Shown here: piece by piece, positions 1 to 10,700 of the stretch
How positions within the stretch are numbered: the first letter of the stretch is position 1
How the letters are laid out: each line of letters starts with the position of its first letter
Virus record (IMG/VR): IMGVR_UViG_3300035214_000144
Span: 5,309 to 69,308 of that record
Length of the DNA: 64,000 nt
Origin: a virus
Lineage: Duplodnaviria; Caudoviricetes
Direction: 5' to 3' (one strand)
Notes under the pieces: model-generated
Database searches by the model: none
Seen by the model: the letters and a program-made list of their open reading frames with translations, nothing else
Told to the model about the DNA's origin: nothing
Translations under genes and position numbers: made by a program

Positions 1-2759
1 AAAATAGATCAGAAGGATCTAAATTAAAAAATGCTACCGGTGGTAATGATGAGAAGCTTTGGAATGTTATAGAAAAGGGTGCATTTAAAGAAAACCCAGT
101 CCATAGCTATGAAAGAATATCATATGACATTTCTTTACATTTAGCTAATACTGTTGACACAAAAGCCTGGCAAAGAGAAGAGAAAAGTCTCGAGAATGCC
201 GCTGAAATTAATTCGATTAATTCTAGTATATTTAAAGGCGGTGTAATTTGCTTAATAGAAACAGCATCAACTGTGACGTCAATGACGGAGTTGCATATTG
301 AAGGTATAACATCTCCAAACACAATTACAGATACAGCATTCTCAACTAAATGGAGAATGAATGTTGTACAACCACTTGGTGTTAGTTTAATTGCAAACAT
401 TTATAAATCAGCGGCAATACTTAATGTTAAAAATCACTATTCACATCCTTTCTTTTTACAAGTATTATTAAAAGGTAGAAAGGCCGATGGTGAAATTGAA
501 GTTGAAATACCGGGTACTAGAAGATTATATTGTGTTTACATAAAAAATATAATCTATAATATTGACGTTGGTTCAGCAAATTATCAAATTGAAGGTATTA
601 GAGCAGGTGATTTAAATAATGCAGACGACCATTCATTAGTACAAAAAACAAGTTTAGAAGATTTTTTAACTTTTAGTGATTTTTTAAAAGTATTTGAAAA
701 AGAAGTTAATAAACAAGAAAGACATAAACTTGGTTCTACTAAAGCAATATTAGATCAATATCAATTTAGAATTGATACTACTGAAAACTCTGACTTATCA
801 GTAGACGAATTAAAAAGTGCTAAAGTAATGGATGATGAAGGTTCAAGAAATAATCCAGTGAATGTAGGTCTAGGTGGTTTATTAAAAGCAGAAATTGAAA
901 AAAATACATCAATCGTTCAAGTATTAGAAAGATTTTTATCTCGTAATGAAGTAATGCAAAGAAAAATATTAGCTACTAGAAACAAAATAATGTCTACTAC
1001 CTGGATTAAAAAAGAGATTGACGACTTAGAATTGGAAAAATATTTGTTTACAATCTCAACACATAACGAATTAATTGCTTACGATCCATTAAGAAGAGAT
1101 TATGCAAGAAAATTTGTTTATACTATAACAATTACTCCATTTATTTCAATAACAGCGGCAGTTAGAAAAGAATTTGAGAAAAAACCAGCATACACTAAAA
1201 AACGTGTTGACGCAATGATGCAAAGAAAAATATTAGTTAAGAGATATGATTACTTTAATACTGGTATGAATCTTGACGTAACAAACTTTAATATTAATTA
1301 CAATTATCAATATGTTTATGGTTTGGATACAATGGTTGGTTTATTTAACAAATATTCAGAAGCTTTTCAAACTATTATTAAAACAATTGGGTCAAGTCAA
1401 GATCGTATTAAAATGGCAACAGAAGCTGGAGTCGAAGCAAATACAAAATTTAATGAATATGCTAGTGATGGAATATTAACTACAGGCGAAAAATATTGGA
1501 TCACAATTATGCAAGAAAGAAATCTAAAAAATGTTAAAGAATTATATGATACTGGAGGCGTTGAACCTGATAATAATACTCTAGAAGCTTACAATGCCTT
1601 AGTAAAAGAGTATAATCAAAGTTATAAAAATTATGAACATCTAGGAGATCAAGAAGCAGAGAATTACCATCCTATAGTTTTCGATAAAAAATCACCAAAA
1701 TTAAATGCTTTAGATTCTTACACAAAACACCCAGTATACGGTTGGGCATTACCACAAACAAAAGATAAAAATAAATCAAGACTTGGTGCACAAAATATAT
1801 TAGCTGAAACTATACCCGATGAAATGTATGCAGATGCATTAAAAACAGATAAAGGTGGCACTCAATTTCCTATACAATTTTATGAAAAATATGTTGACCC
1901 GAGCCAAGAAGGTATGATAGAAGTATCATCAGCTGATGGATCAGGATTTAATACAATATTAAGAAATGCTAAAGTTGGTTCGGCTGAAATGGTTAAAGTA
2001 ACAATGGATATTATTGGCGACCCATATTGGTTAGACCACCCGGCATATTCTCATAAATCAACAGCTCCAGAGAATTTAGACGATGACGACCATCCTAATG
2101 AAGTTGATTGGAAGACAGAAAATTGTATATTATTTTGTTCTATGGTTCCAGCAGAAAAAGATGCGGACTCAGGATATCAACCAACCCTAGCTGAAAGAAG
2201 CAATGAATTTTTAACTGCTATATATAGGGTATGGAAAGTTGAACATAAGTTTAATGATGGCCAATTTACTCAAACACTACATATGGTTAGAGATGCTGTT
2301 ACGGATTTATCATTACTAGTCGCCGGCGATATAACTAAAAAAGCAAAAAGACAAGATACATCAATCAAAGACGGTTTATTTAATTTTGAGAAAAAGGGAA
2401 ATGATAAAAAACCAGTAATAACTGGAAAGCCGCACGATCAGACAGAAGTTAATAAAGCAATTATACAAAAAGAGATTGATAAAGGAAACTTGAATAAAGA
2501 ATTTGTCGACTTATGGTATAAAGATTATCAATATAAAAAACTTCACCCAGAATTATTTAAAGAAGAGGTTGTAGAAGTTTTAAAAAATGCTCAAAATAAT
2601 AGTCCTCTAGGTAAAAAAGGAATTTTTAATCCAGACAATAAAATCAAATTTGATTATAATAAGGATGGTAGTGTTTCAGGTAAAGAATGGGCAGATATGA
2701 AAAAATATTTACAAGGGGATCCATATACAGTAAGAAATGTAGATGGAGATGGAAAATAA
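1..2759 (+). CDS. Baseplate hub-like (gp27/late-control-D-like) structural protein, 5'-truncated by the window edge
   Basis: Frame is open from nt 3 (NRSEGSK...ENPVHSYERISYDISLHL) into the listed 273 start. C-terminal VTMDIIGDPYWL and YRVWKVEHKFNDGQFTQTLHMVR resemble hub proteins. Lies directly upstream of the gp5-like gene. Confidence 0.6.
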   Translation, partial: NRSEGSKLKNATGGNDEKLWNVIEKGAFKENPVHSYERISYDISLHLANTVDTKAWQREEKSLENAAEINSINSSIFKGGVICLIETASTVTSMTELHIEGITSPNTITDTAFSTKWRMNVVQPLGVSLIANIYKSAAILNVKNHYSHPFFLQVLLKGRKADGEIEVEIPGTRRLYCVYIKNIIYNIDVGSANYQIEGIRAGDLNNADDHSLVQKTSLEDFLTFSDFLKVFEKEVNKQERHKLGSTKAILDQYQFRIDTTENSDLSVDELKSAKVMDDEGSRNNPVNVGLGGLLKAEIEKNTSIVQVLERFLSRNEVMQRKILATRNKIMSTTWIKKEIDDLELEKYLFTISTHNELIAYDPLRRDYARKFVYTITITPFISITAAVRKEFEKKPAYTKKRVDAMMQRKILVKRYDYFNTGMNLDVTNFNINYNYQYVYGLDTMVGLFNKYSEAFQTIIKTIGSSQDRIKMATEAGVEANTKFNEYASDGILTTGEKYWITIMQERNLKNVKELYDTGGVEPDNNTLEAYNALVKEYNQSYKNYEHLGDQEAENYHPIVFDKKSPKLNALDSYTKHPVYGWALPQTKDKNKSRLGAQNILAETIPDEMYADALKTDKGGTQFPIQFYEKYVDPSQEGMIEVSSADGSGFNTILRNAKVGSAEMVKVTMDIIGDPYWLDHPAYSHKSTAPENLDDDDHPNEVDWKTENCILFCSMVPAEKDADSGYQPTLAERSNEFLTAIYRVWKVEHKFNDGQFTQTLHMVRDAVTDLSLLVAGDITKKAKRQDTSIKDGLFNFEKKGNDKKPVITGKPHDQTEVNKAIIQKEIDKGNLNKEFVDLWYKDYQYKKLHPELFKEEVVEVLKNAQNNSPLGKKGIFNPDNKIKFDYNKDGSVSGKEWADMKKYLQGDPYTVRNVDGDGK

Positions 2760-2762
2760 GCA

Positions 2763-4661
2763 ATGGCAGGAAAAAATCGATCATCAATTACAGCATTTAA
2801 CAAGTATGCAGGTCTCCACGTTAAAGGTGGTAGTACAACATCTGTACAATTAGCTGAAGTAATGGATAATGTCGATTATGCTAGACTTGGAAGATTAAAA
2901 GTTTATATTCAAGGAAGCCAAGGAGTAAAAACTGATCCAAACAATTGGAGAACAGTCTTATGGACATCACCATTTGGTGGTGCAACTAACCCTAGTTCAT
3001 TAATAAAAAGTGCTGATACTGAAAACGAAAATAAATTTGCGGCGACACAAACAAGTTATGGAATGTGGATGATTCCACCTGATATAGGAAACCTTGTTGT
3101 TGTTGCGTTTGTTAATGGAAAAGAAAATAACGGTGTGTGTTTAGGTTGTATATTCCAACCTGGCATAAACCATATGATTCCTGGTATTGCTAAAGGTAAA
3201 ACAACTGTAGCAAATGCACCAACAGTTCCAGTAGCAGAAGTTAATAGAGTTTCATCTGAAGCTGAAAATATGAACATTTTTGAAAAATTAGATAAATCAA
3301 AAATGCCTGATCATTTATCTAAAGGAACATCAGACAATGTTAGACGACCACCCCATACACCTTTTTATGATAGACTATTAGTACAAGGCTTAGAAAACGA
3401 TAATATAAGAGGTTTATCAGATTCTAGTGCTAGACGTGAATCACCTAGTAACGTATTTGGTATATTAACACCAGGTGGACACCAATTTATTATGGATGAT
3501 AAATCCGGTGGTAGTCATATGAGATTTAGAACAGCCGGCGGTGCTCAAGTATTAATGGATGATACAACTAGTACTGTTTATGTAACAAATACAAGCGGAA
3601 CAGCCTGGGTTGAATTAACTGCTGAAGGTAAAATAGAATTATGGGGTGCTGATTCAATATCAATGAGAAGTGAAAAAGACTTCAACATTAGAGCTGACAG
3701 AGATATTAATATTGAATCGGGAAGACATATTAATATTAAAACGCATCATACAGAACAAAACCTACCTCCTGCTACAGATTCAGATCAACCTAAATCAACA
3801 GTAGCTTTAGATGATATAAAAGGAGATGTATTCTTTGATGTGTCTGGTAAATTTAAACTTATATCTACAGGCGGCACAGATTTAACTACATTACAAACAA
3901 CAAACGTATACTCGACAGTTGATAATAATTTAACTGCCGGGGGTGTATCAAATATTAATGCGGCAGGCGGCCACTATGAAACTGCATCAGTAATTCATAT
4001 GAATGGACCAGCGGCAAGTAAAGCAACAGAACTTACTGCTATGGAAGGAATGTTATATACTAATGTACTTGAAGAAAGAACTGCAACAAATCCTATATAT
4101 TCTCCAAGAAAAACTGAACCAAATATGACATCAATATTAACTAGATATACAACACGTGAACCTGATCCTGGCCACGAAGTAATATCAATTGAAAATGCAA
4201 CAGTAATTGATAATAGTATTACTGAAACACAAATAGCTGAAGCAAAAGATACATACGATAAAACTAATGCAGTTGCCGAAAGTGAAATAAAAGCTATAGA
4301 AAATGCTGTCAGTAAACAAGTTGATGATATAGTACAAGAAACATATACATCTTTAGTTAATGAAACTGTGAGTGGTGTAAGTGATGAATTAAAAGAAATA
4401 ACAACTCAAATTAAAACTATACTCAAAACGAACTTAGATTTTATTTCAAATTTAGACCTTTCAAAGCCTGATCAAAAAAAAGCATTTGATGATTTAATTT
4501 TAGTTAATGAAGAAGTACAAAAAAATATTGTATTACCAAACTTAATAGCTAAAGAATTTTTAAAGAAGCACAAACCTCAAGATATTCATCCGCCAATCAC
4601 AAAAACTATTACAAAAACTGTATCTGATTTTATAAACTTTAAAGTTGGAATTGACGTTTAA
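2763..4661 (+). CDS. Baseplate central spike, gp5/VgrG-like (OB-fold plus beta-helix, no lysozyme domain seen)
   Basis: VMDNVDYARLGRLKVYI...WTSPFGG...YGMWMIPPDIGNLVVVAF matches the gp5 N-terminal OB-fold pattern. RTAGGAQVLMDD and DINIESGRHINIK are beta-helix-like repeats. Confidence 0.8.
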   Translation: MAGKNRSSITAFNKYAGLHVKGGSTTSVQLAEVMDNVDYARLGRLKVYIQGSQGVKTDPNNWRTVLWTSPFGGATNPSSLIKSADTENENKFAATQTSYGMWMIPPDIGNLVVVAFVNGKENNGVCLGCIFQPGINHMIPGIAKGKTTVANAPTVPVAEVNRVSSEAENMNIFEKLDKSKMPDHLSKGTSDNVRRPPHTPFYDRLLVQGLENDNIRGLSDSSARRESPSNVFGILTPGGHQFIMDDKSGGSHMRFRTAGGAQVLMDDTTSTVYVTNTSGTAWVELTAEGKIELWGADSISMRSEKDFNIRADRDINIESGRHINIKTHHTEQNLPPATDSDQPKSTVALDDIKGDVFFDVSGKFKLISTGGTDLTTLQTTNVYSTVDNNLTAGGVSNINAAGGHYETASVIHMNGPAASKATELTAMEGMLYTNVLEERTATNPIYSPRKTEPNMTSILTRYTTREPDPGHEVISIENATVIDNSITETQIAEAKDTYDKTNAVAESEIKAIENAVSKQVDDIVQETYTSLVNETVSGVSDELKEITTQIKTILKTNLDFISNLDLSKPDQKKAFDDLILVNEEVQKNIVLPNLIAKEFLKKHKPQDIHPPITKTITKTVSDFINFKVGIDV

Positions 4662-4700
4662 ATTAAGGGCGATTAAGACAAAGCTTTGCCGCCCCTAATT
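4661..4700. terminator. Hairpin between convergent genes, possible bidirectional terminator
   Basis: AATTAAGGGCG (4661-4671) pairs with CGCCCCTAATT (4690-4700) with one mismatch. Flanks are A/T-rich. Confidence 0.5.
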
Positions 4701-4720
4701 AAAAATTACGTTTATATCGA

Positions 4721-4954
4721 TTATTTACTTTTATAAATGTGATATAATACCCAAACAGCTACCAAGCCAAGCAATCCTTGATCACTAAAGCCACTAACAA
4801 TTGATTGAACATTACCTATCACAGAAATATTAGGCCAGAACGGAATACTTTGACCTCCAAATAGTACTTCTAGAACGATGCCTAGAGCAATTAAAGTTAC
4901 GCCAACATCAGTTAATGATGAGGCCCACGATTTAATCTTATTAATAATATCCAT
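4721..4954 (-). CDS. Small two-helix membrane protein, unknown function
   Basis: 77 aa with two hydrophobic segments and a strong SD (AAGGAGG) upstream. Confidence 0.75.
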   Translation of the reverse strand: MDIINKIKSWASSLTDVGVTLIALGIVLEVLFGGQSIPFWPNISVIGNVQSIVSGFSDQGLLGLVAVWVLYHIYKSK

Positions 4955-5110
4955 AACTTCCTCCTTTTATATAAGTTATTAAGTTGTTATGTTTAATGGT
5001 TAATAATACTTTAAACTAATTTAACGATCAAATACAACCTATTAAAACGTCATATTTGGTTTAACTACATAAAACAAAGATTATCTTGATAGAATTTTGT
5101 GGATATCCAT

Positions 5111-5138
5111 AAAAAAAGGGCGAGTAAACCCGCCCTTT
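5111..5138 (-). terminator. Intrinsic terminator
   Basis: Minus strand AAAGGGCG-ggtttact-CGCCCTTT running into a T7 tract, just downstream of the 5165 stop. Confidence 0.8.
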
Positions 5139-5164
5139 AGTGTCTAACAACGTTAAAGTTCTAA

Positions 5165-5479
5165 TTACGCAACTTTATTAATTAAAGTTTTGCCATTGTC
5201 TTGTAAAAGACTAATAACAGAATTTTTCATTCCTTTTGCAACTTCATAGTTTCCAGTTCCAATTACTCTTACCGAGAAATCATAACCTTTACCCATCAAG
5301 TTAGTTGTTGGTGTAGATCTTTTCATTTTTAAGTTTTTATACTTAATTACACCACCATTAACGTCACCGTTTGTATCAAGAGTATTTTTAGCTTCATCTA
5401 GAAAAACGCCAATTTTGTTTTTCACGTTTCCTTTGATGAATTCTCTTGTATATACTACGTATTGTTTCTTGTTCGCCAT
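5165..5479 (-). CDS. Hypothetical protein (104 aa; start moved to MANKK)
   Basis: A GGAGG SD precedes the ATG at 5479 rather than the one at 5533. Confidence 0.7.
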   Translation of the reverse strand: MANKKQYVVYTREFIKGNVKNKIGVFLDEAKNTLDTNGDVNGGVIKYKNLKMKRSTPTTNLMGKGYDFSVRVIGTGNYEVAKGMKNSVISLLQDNGKTLINKVA

Positions 5480-5542
5480 TTTAATGTTACCTCCGATTAA
5501 ATTAGCTAATTTATATGCTATAGTTTTAAACATAATATTATT

Positions 5543-5571
5543 ATAGTATACTAGAAGATTGGATATGTCAA
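5543..5571 (-). promoter_or_regulatory. Sigma70-type promoter
   Basis: TTGACA (5571-5566), 17 nt, TACTAT (5548-5543). Confidence 0.65.
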
Positions 5572-5618
5572 CCTGGAAAATGATCTTATTTACCCAATTT
5601 TATCCAATTTTTCCTTAA

Positions 5619-5831
5619 TTAAATTCGTAGTGCTGTTTTTCTCAAGGTTCTTAACTTCTTAATGACGAGTCCTTTGATACTATTGATGTTCTTTTCCTCT
5701 AATGATTCTCTTAAGATGGCTCGTGCTACATAGTCAGCAAATACTAGTCGTGCTTTCTTTATACTTCGTTTTGTACCAACCCATCTAACTAATAGCTTAT
5801 CATCATTTTTTTTTCGCTTCTTTTTACGCAT
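5619..5831 (-). CDS. Small basic hypothetical protein
   Basis: 70 aa, begins MRKKKRKK; start overlaps the stop of an upstream micro-ORF. Confidence 0.55.
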   Translation of the reverse strand: MRKKKRKKNDDKLLVRWVGTKRSIKKARLVFADYVARAILRESLEEKNINSIKGLVIKKLRTLRKTALRI

Positions 5832-5895
5832 TAGGTGGAAACCCTGTTAATAGGACTATCAATATAAAACAAGTTACAAATACTACTAATGTCAT
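5824..5895 (-). CDS. Hydrophobic micro-peptide (23 aa), not in ORF track
   Basis: MTLVVFVTCFILIVLLTGFPPNA; TAATG overlap with the upstream ORF and stop overlapping the next start. Confidence 0.35.
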   Translation of the reverse strand: MTLVVFVTCFILIVLLTGFPPNA

Positions 5896-6014
5896 TATAT
5901 TCCAAAATAGATAAGGATTTGGGTGGCTCCATACCAAAACAATATTACGGCTACGACAGCCACCGCTAACATCCCTGCTAACGTATAAACAATGTTAAGA
6001 AATTTCTTACGCAT
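5895..6014 (-). CDS. Small membrane peptide (39 aa), not in ORF track
   Basis: MRKKFLNIVYTLAGMLAVAVVAVILFWYGATQILIYFGI: basic N-terminus plus a TM helix. Confidence 0.5.
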   Translation of the reverse strand: MRKKFLNIVYTLAGMLAVAVVAVILFWYGATQILIYFGI

Positions 6015-6044
6015 TTACATATTGCTATAAGTTAACATATTCTA

Positions 6045-6209
6045 CTATGTTCGTTTCTTTTTCTTTGTTGCTTTTCTTTTTTTACGAGAAGTAGTAGTCT
6101 TCTTTGTTTTTTTCTTTGTTACTCTCTTTTTTGTTCTTGTAGCTACTTTTCTTGTAGCTTTCTTTGTAGCTTTTCTTTTAGCTTTCTTTTTCTTTTTCTT
6201 TGTTGGCAT
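6045..6209 (-). CDS. Histone H1-like / protamine-like basic protein (54 aa), not in ORF track
   Basis: MPTKKKKKKAKRKATKKATRKVATRTKKRVTKKKTKKTTTSRKKRKATKKKKRT: 32/54 Lys+Arg, no acidic residue. AAGGAGG SD and its own promoter. Confidence 0.8.
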   Translation of the reverse strand: MPTKKKKKKAKRKATKKATRKVATRTKKRVTKKKTKKTTTSRKKRKATKKKKRT

Positions 6210-6231
6210 AAATTGCCTCCTTGTTATCTTT

Positions 6232-6260
6232 ATTGTATAACATTTCCATTATCTTGTCAA
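6232..6260 (-). promoter_or_regulatory. Sigma70-type promoter of the H1-like gene
   Basis: TTGACA (6260-6255), 17 nt, TACAAT (6237-6232). Confidence 0.75.
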
Positions 6261-6280
6261 TACAGTTTTTAGTTGTAATA

Positions 6281-6562
6281 TTACCAAACATACACCGGGA
6301 GTGCGCCTTGGTACTCGTAAACAAGATATAATGCTAACAGCCAGCCTGCAAGGCCGAACCAAAAATCATCCCAGCTCCATTTACCTTTGCTCCACCAGTC
6401 TAGTGCTTCTTTAACTATAGTTGCTATTAGACCTGAGTATAACATTGGCCACCATATAACTGCAAACAATGTTAATACAAATGACCATAAGAAGTGTAGC
6501 TGAAGATCTAATCTAAGATATCCAACAATAAAGTTAGCTATTCGCTTATAAAAATTTTTCAT
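6281..6562 (-). CDS. Small membrane protein (VanZ/DUF2279-like HF...KE..D...W.D pattern)
   Basis: LHFLWSF...IVKEALDWW...WSWDDFWFG with three hydrophobic segments. Confidence 0.6.
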   Translation of the reverse strand: MKNFYKRIANFIVGYLRLDLQLHFLWSFVLTLFAVIWWPMLYSGLIATIVKEALDWWSKGKWSWDDFWFGLAGWLLALYLVYEYQGALPVYVW

Positions 6563-6572
6563 ATTATTATTA

Positions 6573-7133
6573 TTATAATATATGATCTGCTATCTTAAGG
6601 TCAATCAATTGTTTTGCTGTAAAATACTGATCACTTGGAGAATCCAATTTCTGTTTAACCATACTCATTGTACCTCCAGTTGCTTCTTTTAGTAATTGGA
6701 AACATCTTTCTTCGCAATTTTGATTTTCTTTCATTTGAGATTTCATATCGTGCATTTTAGATTCTATGGCATCAGAGTGTTGGTGATTCATTATTCCAGC
6801 ATTTTTACCAATATATCTTTTACCTTGTTTTCCACTTGCAAAAATTAAAAATGCCGCACTCATTACAGCACCAACTCCTATAGTGGAGATATCGTGATTA
6901 CTTTTCTTCATCACGTCAATTAGGGCAAATGTTTCGTAAAGATCTCCACCAGTAGAGTTAATGTATAATTGCAAAGTTCGTTTGGGTTTTTTATTGAAGT
7001 TAGCTGACACAATCCATTTAATAGCTCTCGCTATATTTTCATCATCAATTTCACCTGACAAATAGTGTACGTCATTATCTAATAGGGCTACATCAATTCT
7101 GTCATCAGCACCCCAATTCTCATATTTTTTCAT
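6573..7133 (-). CDS. clpP: ATP-dependent Clp protease proteolytic subunit (ClpP family)
   Basis: LYINSTGG, catalytic Ser in VMSAA, His in IMNHQ, Asp in DQYFTA. Confidence 0.9.
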   Translation of the reverse strand: MKKYENWGADDRIDVALLDNDVHYLSGEIDDENIARAIKWIVSANFNKKPKRTLQLYINSTGGDLYETFALIDVMKKSNHDISTIGVGAVMSAAFLIFASGKQGKRYIGKNAGIMNHQHSDAIESKMHDMKSQMKENQNCEERCFQLLKEATGGTMSMVKQKLDSPSDQYFTAKQLIDLKIADHIL

Positions 7134-7247
7134 ATTATTATTCGCCCAAAATGTTACACGATATTATATACAACTATATTTAGTTTCTCGTCAATTTACG
7201 CATTTTAACTAAAACATATCATAATTATAGTAGTATTTAAAATCCAC

Positions 7248-7255
7248 TATAAATA
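7248..7255 (+). promoter_or_regulatory. T4-type late promoter
   Basis: Exact TATAAATA 22 nt upstream of the gp25 start, heading the baseplate operon. Confidence 0.7.
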
Positions 7256-7277
7256 TCATATAGAGAAGAAGATTATT

Positions 7278-7703
7278 ATGGCATACACAGATTCAAATAA
7301 TAGTAATATGGCAATATCCACGTTTAGTGGGTCTAGTAGCAATGGTGCGACTTATAAAGGATTTAGTACTGTAGCTGGAGTCAAGTCAAATCAGTTGTAT
7401 GATATGGATATAATCAAACAAGATTTATTAAACCACTTTTATACTAGAAAAGGTGAAAGGGTTATGAATCCTGAGTTTGGCTCAGTTATATGGGACTTAT
7501 TATACGAACCATTAGATGAATCAACTAAAGAAGATATTGTTACTGATTGTCAAAGAATTATTAACTCTGATCCAAGAGTAAGATTAGTAACTACAAATAT
7601 AGAGGAATATGATAATGGTGTAACAATAGAAATTTTAATGACTGCTATGCCATTTAATAAAAAAATTAACCTACAATTAGATTTTGAAAGAGATACATTT
7701 TAA
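7278..7703 (+). CDS. Baseplate wedge subunit, gp25-like
   Basis: IKQDLLNHFYTRKGERVMNPEFGSVIWDLLYEP...DPRV is the GPW/gp25 signature. Confidence 0.92.
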   Translation: MAYTDSNNSNMAISTFSGSSSNGATYKGFSTVAGVKSNQLYDMDIIKQDLLNHFYTRKGERVMNPEFGSVIWDLLYEPLDESTKEDIVTDCQRIINSDPRVRLVTTNIEEYDNGVTIEILMTAMPFNKKINLQLDFERDTF

Positions 7704-10700
7704 TGAGCCAGATAGTTAGACAAAATAATTTATTTTCAGCTGAAAATTGGCAAACAATTTATAGAACATTTTCACAGGCAGATTTTACAGCATATGATTA
7801 CGATGCAATTCGTGATTCAATGCTAAATTATATCCAAATAAATTACCCTGAAGATTTTAATGATTACATAGCATCAAGTGAATTTATCGCTATTATTGAT
7901 TTACTTGCGTTCCTAGGTCAAAGTTTAGCATTTAGAACAGACTTGAACTCGAGAGAAAATTTTTTAGATACAGCTGAAAGACGAGATTCAATAATTAGAT
8001 TAGCAAAACTAATCAATTATAGACCCAAAAGAAATATACCAGCAAGGGGTCTTTTAAAAGTTACAAAAATTAAAACTAATGAACCTTTAGAAGATTCTGC
8101 AGGAAGTGAACTTACTAATGCATATATTAATTGGAACGATGCAAATAATTCTGATTGGTACGACCAATGGTTAACAATTTGTAATTCAATTTTTAATTCA
8201 ACAAATCGATTCGGGACTCCAACTAAATCAGCTACAATAAGTTCTGTTAAAACTGAAATTTACAATTTAAACTCAACATCAGCACAATCGGCTGTTAAAA
8301 ACTTTTCAGAAACTATAGATGGACTTAATACATCTATTGATGTTGGAAAAGCAGATATTCATACTAATGGATATCTTTATGAAAGAGCACCTGACACATC
8401 AGAAGCATATAACTTTGTTTATAGAAATGATAATCAAGGTTTTTCTAGTGGTGATACAGGATTTTTTATGTATTTCAAAGAAGGCGAATTAGGTTTTCAA
8501 GATTATACATTTACAAATCCATTACCAAATAGAACTGTCGACTTAGAGCTTACAAACATAAATGACTTAGATGTTTGGGTACAAAAAATTAATTCAAACG
8601 GTGTACCTACAGAGAAATGGGAAGCAGTTCCTGGTTTATTTGGTCAAAACACAATTTATAACAGTTTAGCATTAAACACTAGAGATATATTTTCTATACA
8701 ATCAAGAAATAACGATCAAATATCTATATTGTTTAGTGATGGAAATTTTGGTAACGCACCAAAAGGTCAATTTAGAATTTATTACAGAAGAAGTACAGGA
8801 CACGGCCAAATCATTAAAAAAGATAGAATAAAAAATAGAGAAATTACAATTAAATATTTTAATGCACAAGGACAAGAATATACTGCGACTATATCTTTAA
8901 CTTTAACAAATACAATTACAAATTCACAGGCGGCAGAAACAGATACTGATATTAAAAACAATGCACCAAAATCTTTTTATACACAAGATAGAATGGTTAA
9001 TGCAGAAGACTATAATATTTTTCCATTAACACAATCAACTGCTATACAAAAAATGAAAGCATTGAATAAAACACATATTGGCCATTCAAGATATATTGAT
9101 GTTAATGACCCAACAGGCACAGTTAAAAGTGTGAATGTATTTGGAGAAGATGGTGTTTTATATAAAAATCCAAACTTCACTTTAAGCACTGAAGAAATTA
9201 CAGGTACTATTATAGATACTACAAGTTATACATATATTATTGACAACGTACTAGCACCATTAATGAAAAAAATACATTTACAAAATTTTTATTTTGATAC
9301 ATATAAAACTGCTGTCGAAACATCACACGATAGCAATCAATTTATTATGACGCTAGTGTCAACAAATAAAGTATTATGGAAACCATATCCTTTAGCAGGT
9401 GCAGGCTCTAGTGGATATTTTTACATAGGTAATTTATCTGATACATCAAATGCTATAACAATTTATAATAATCCAAAAGACTCGGATGAAAAACTTGGTT
9501 TTATTAGACCAGGAACAAAATTAGAATTTGTTGACGATTATACAACGCCAACTATAATTAAATGGACAACTGTAGTAAGCATACATAATGACGGCGCTAT
9601 GCTTTCATCAGATACTACTGGATCAATTACATTAGATGAATCAATTACTGCTGGTATGAAGTTAAGAAAAGTTCTTCCAAATTTAAGAACAAAACTTAAT
9701 GTATCAGAAAAATCATTAATACAAACTGAAATGGAAAAAGGTGTTGACTTTGGTATTGGCTATCACTATAGAGATTCAAGCACAAAATCTGAAAAATGGT
9801 ATTTGGTTAGTGAAGATTATATAAACACTACAAACGATTTTGATATAATAAACAATCAATCACACGGTGGATCAACGGTACTAGCTGGTGATACATCTTG
9901 GTTAGTATATGCAAATTATATTCCAGCTACAGACTCAGCAAGTAATCCAAAATACGAATTTAAAATTAGAGGATTAGATTATGTATTTGAAAGTGATCAA
10001 GAAGTTAGGTTCTATTATGTTCCAGAATATAAAAATATTGATAGTGCAACCGGAAAGGCTGTAAAAGATACTATACAACTTTTAGATATTAATAAAGACG
10101 TTTCAGTATTAACTAACCCTTCAAGTACAACTAAACTGACAAACAAAGTAACATTAAGTATTACTGATAGTTACATTGAAACAGATGGATATGTCGACAC
10201 TAAAAAAGTAAAAATTACAAATATTGATTCAGACGACGATGGTATGCCAGACAATCCAGTGGCCCACGAAGATGTCATTGATAATACAACTAATATTTTC
10301 TTTGTAAGTTATGACGATTATGATGGATACACATATTATAAAACAACAACAGGTGTAACGGCTGTTAGTTCGTTAACTAGTAATGGTTTAGAATACTTAA
10401 CTACCGATAATTATTTTTATCTAAATGGAACTAAATTAACTAACGGTTCTGCTAACTCATATACAACAAGATATGGTGTAAGCGGAACTGCAATTTATAA
10501 ATCATATATTGGCAGAGCATTTAACAGTACAAATAAATTTTACTTCCAATATAAACATTCTGCACCACGAAATCAAAGAATCGATCCTAGTGTATCGAAT
10601 ATTATGGAATTAATTATTTTACAGACAGACTATTATACAAATGTGTTTGACTGGTTTACATCCGGTGGAATGTTAACTGCATTTCCAATAGCACCAACAT

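Noticed and set aside
107-400. 97-aa minus-strand ORF and the many other short antisense or alternate-frame ORFs in the track (e.g. 3056, 12150, 14981, 15969, 16351, 24180, 26053, 27342, 29344, 31941, 37157, 43526, 49274, 56438, 58687, 61231, 62304, 63055)
   Set aside because: They lie inside well-supported long genes, have no motifs or initiation signals, and are expected shadows.
2763-4661. T4-like lysozyme domain in the gp5-like spike
   Set aside because: No lysozyme catalytic motif is recognisable; the C-terminal ~150 aa look helical/low-complexity.
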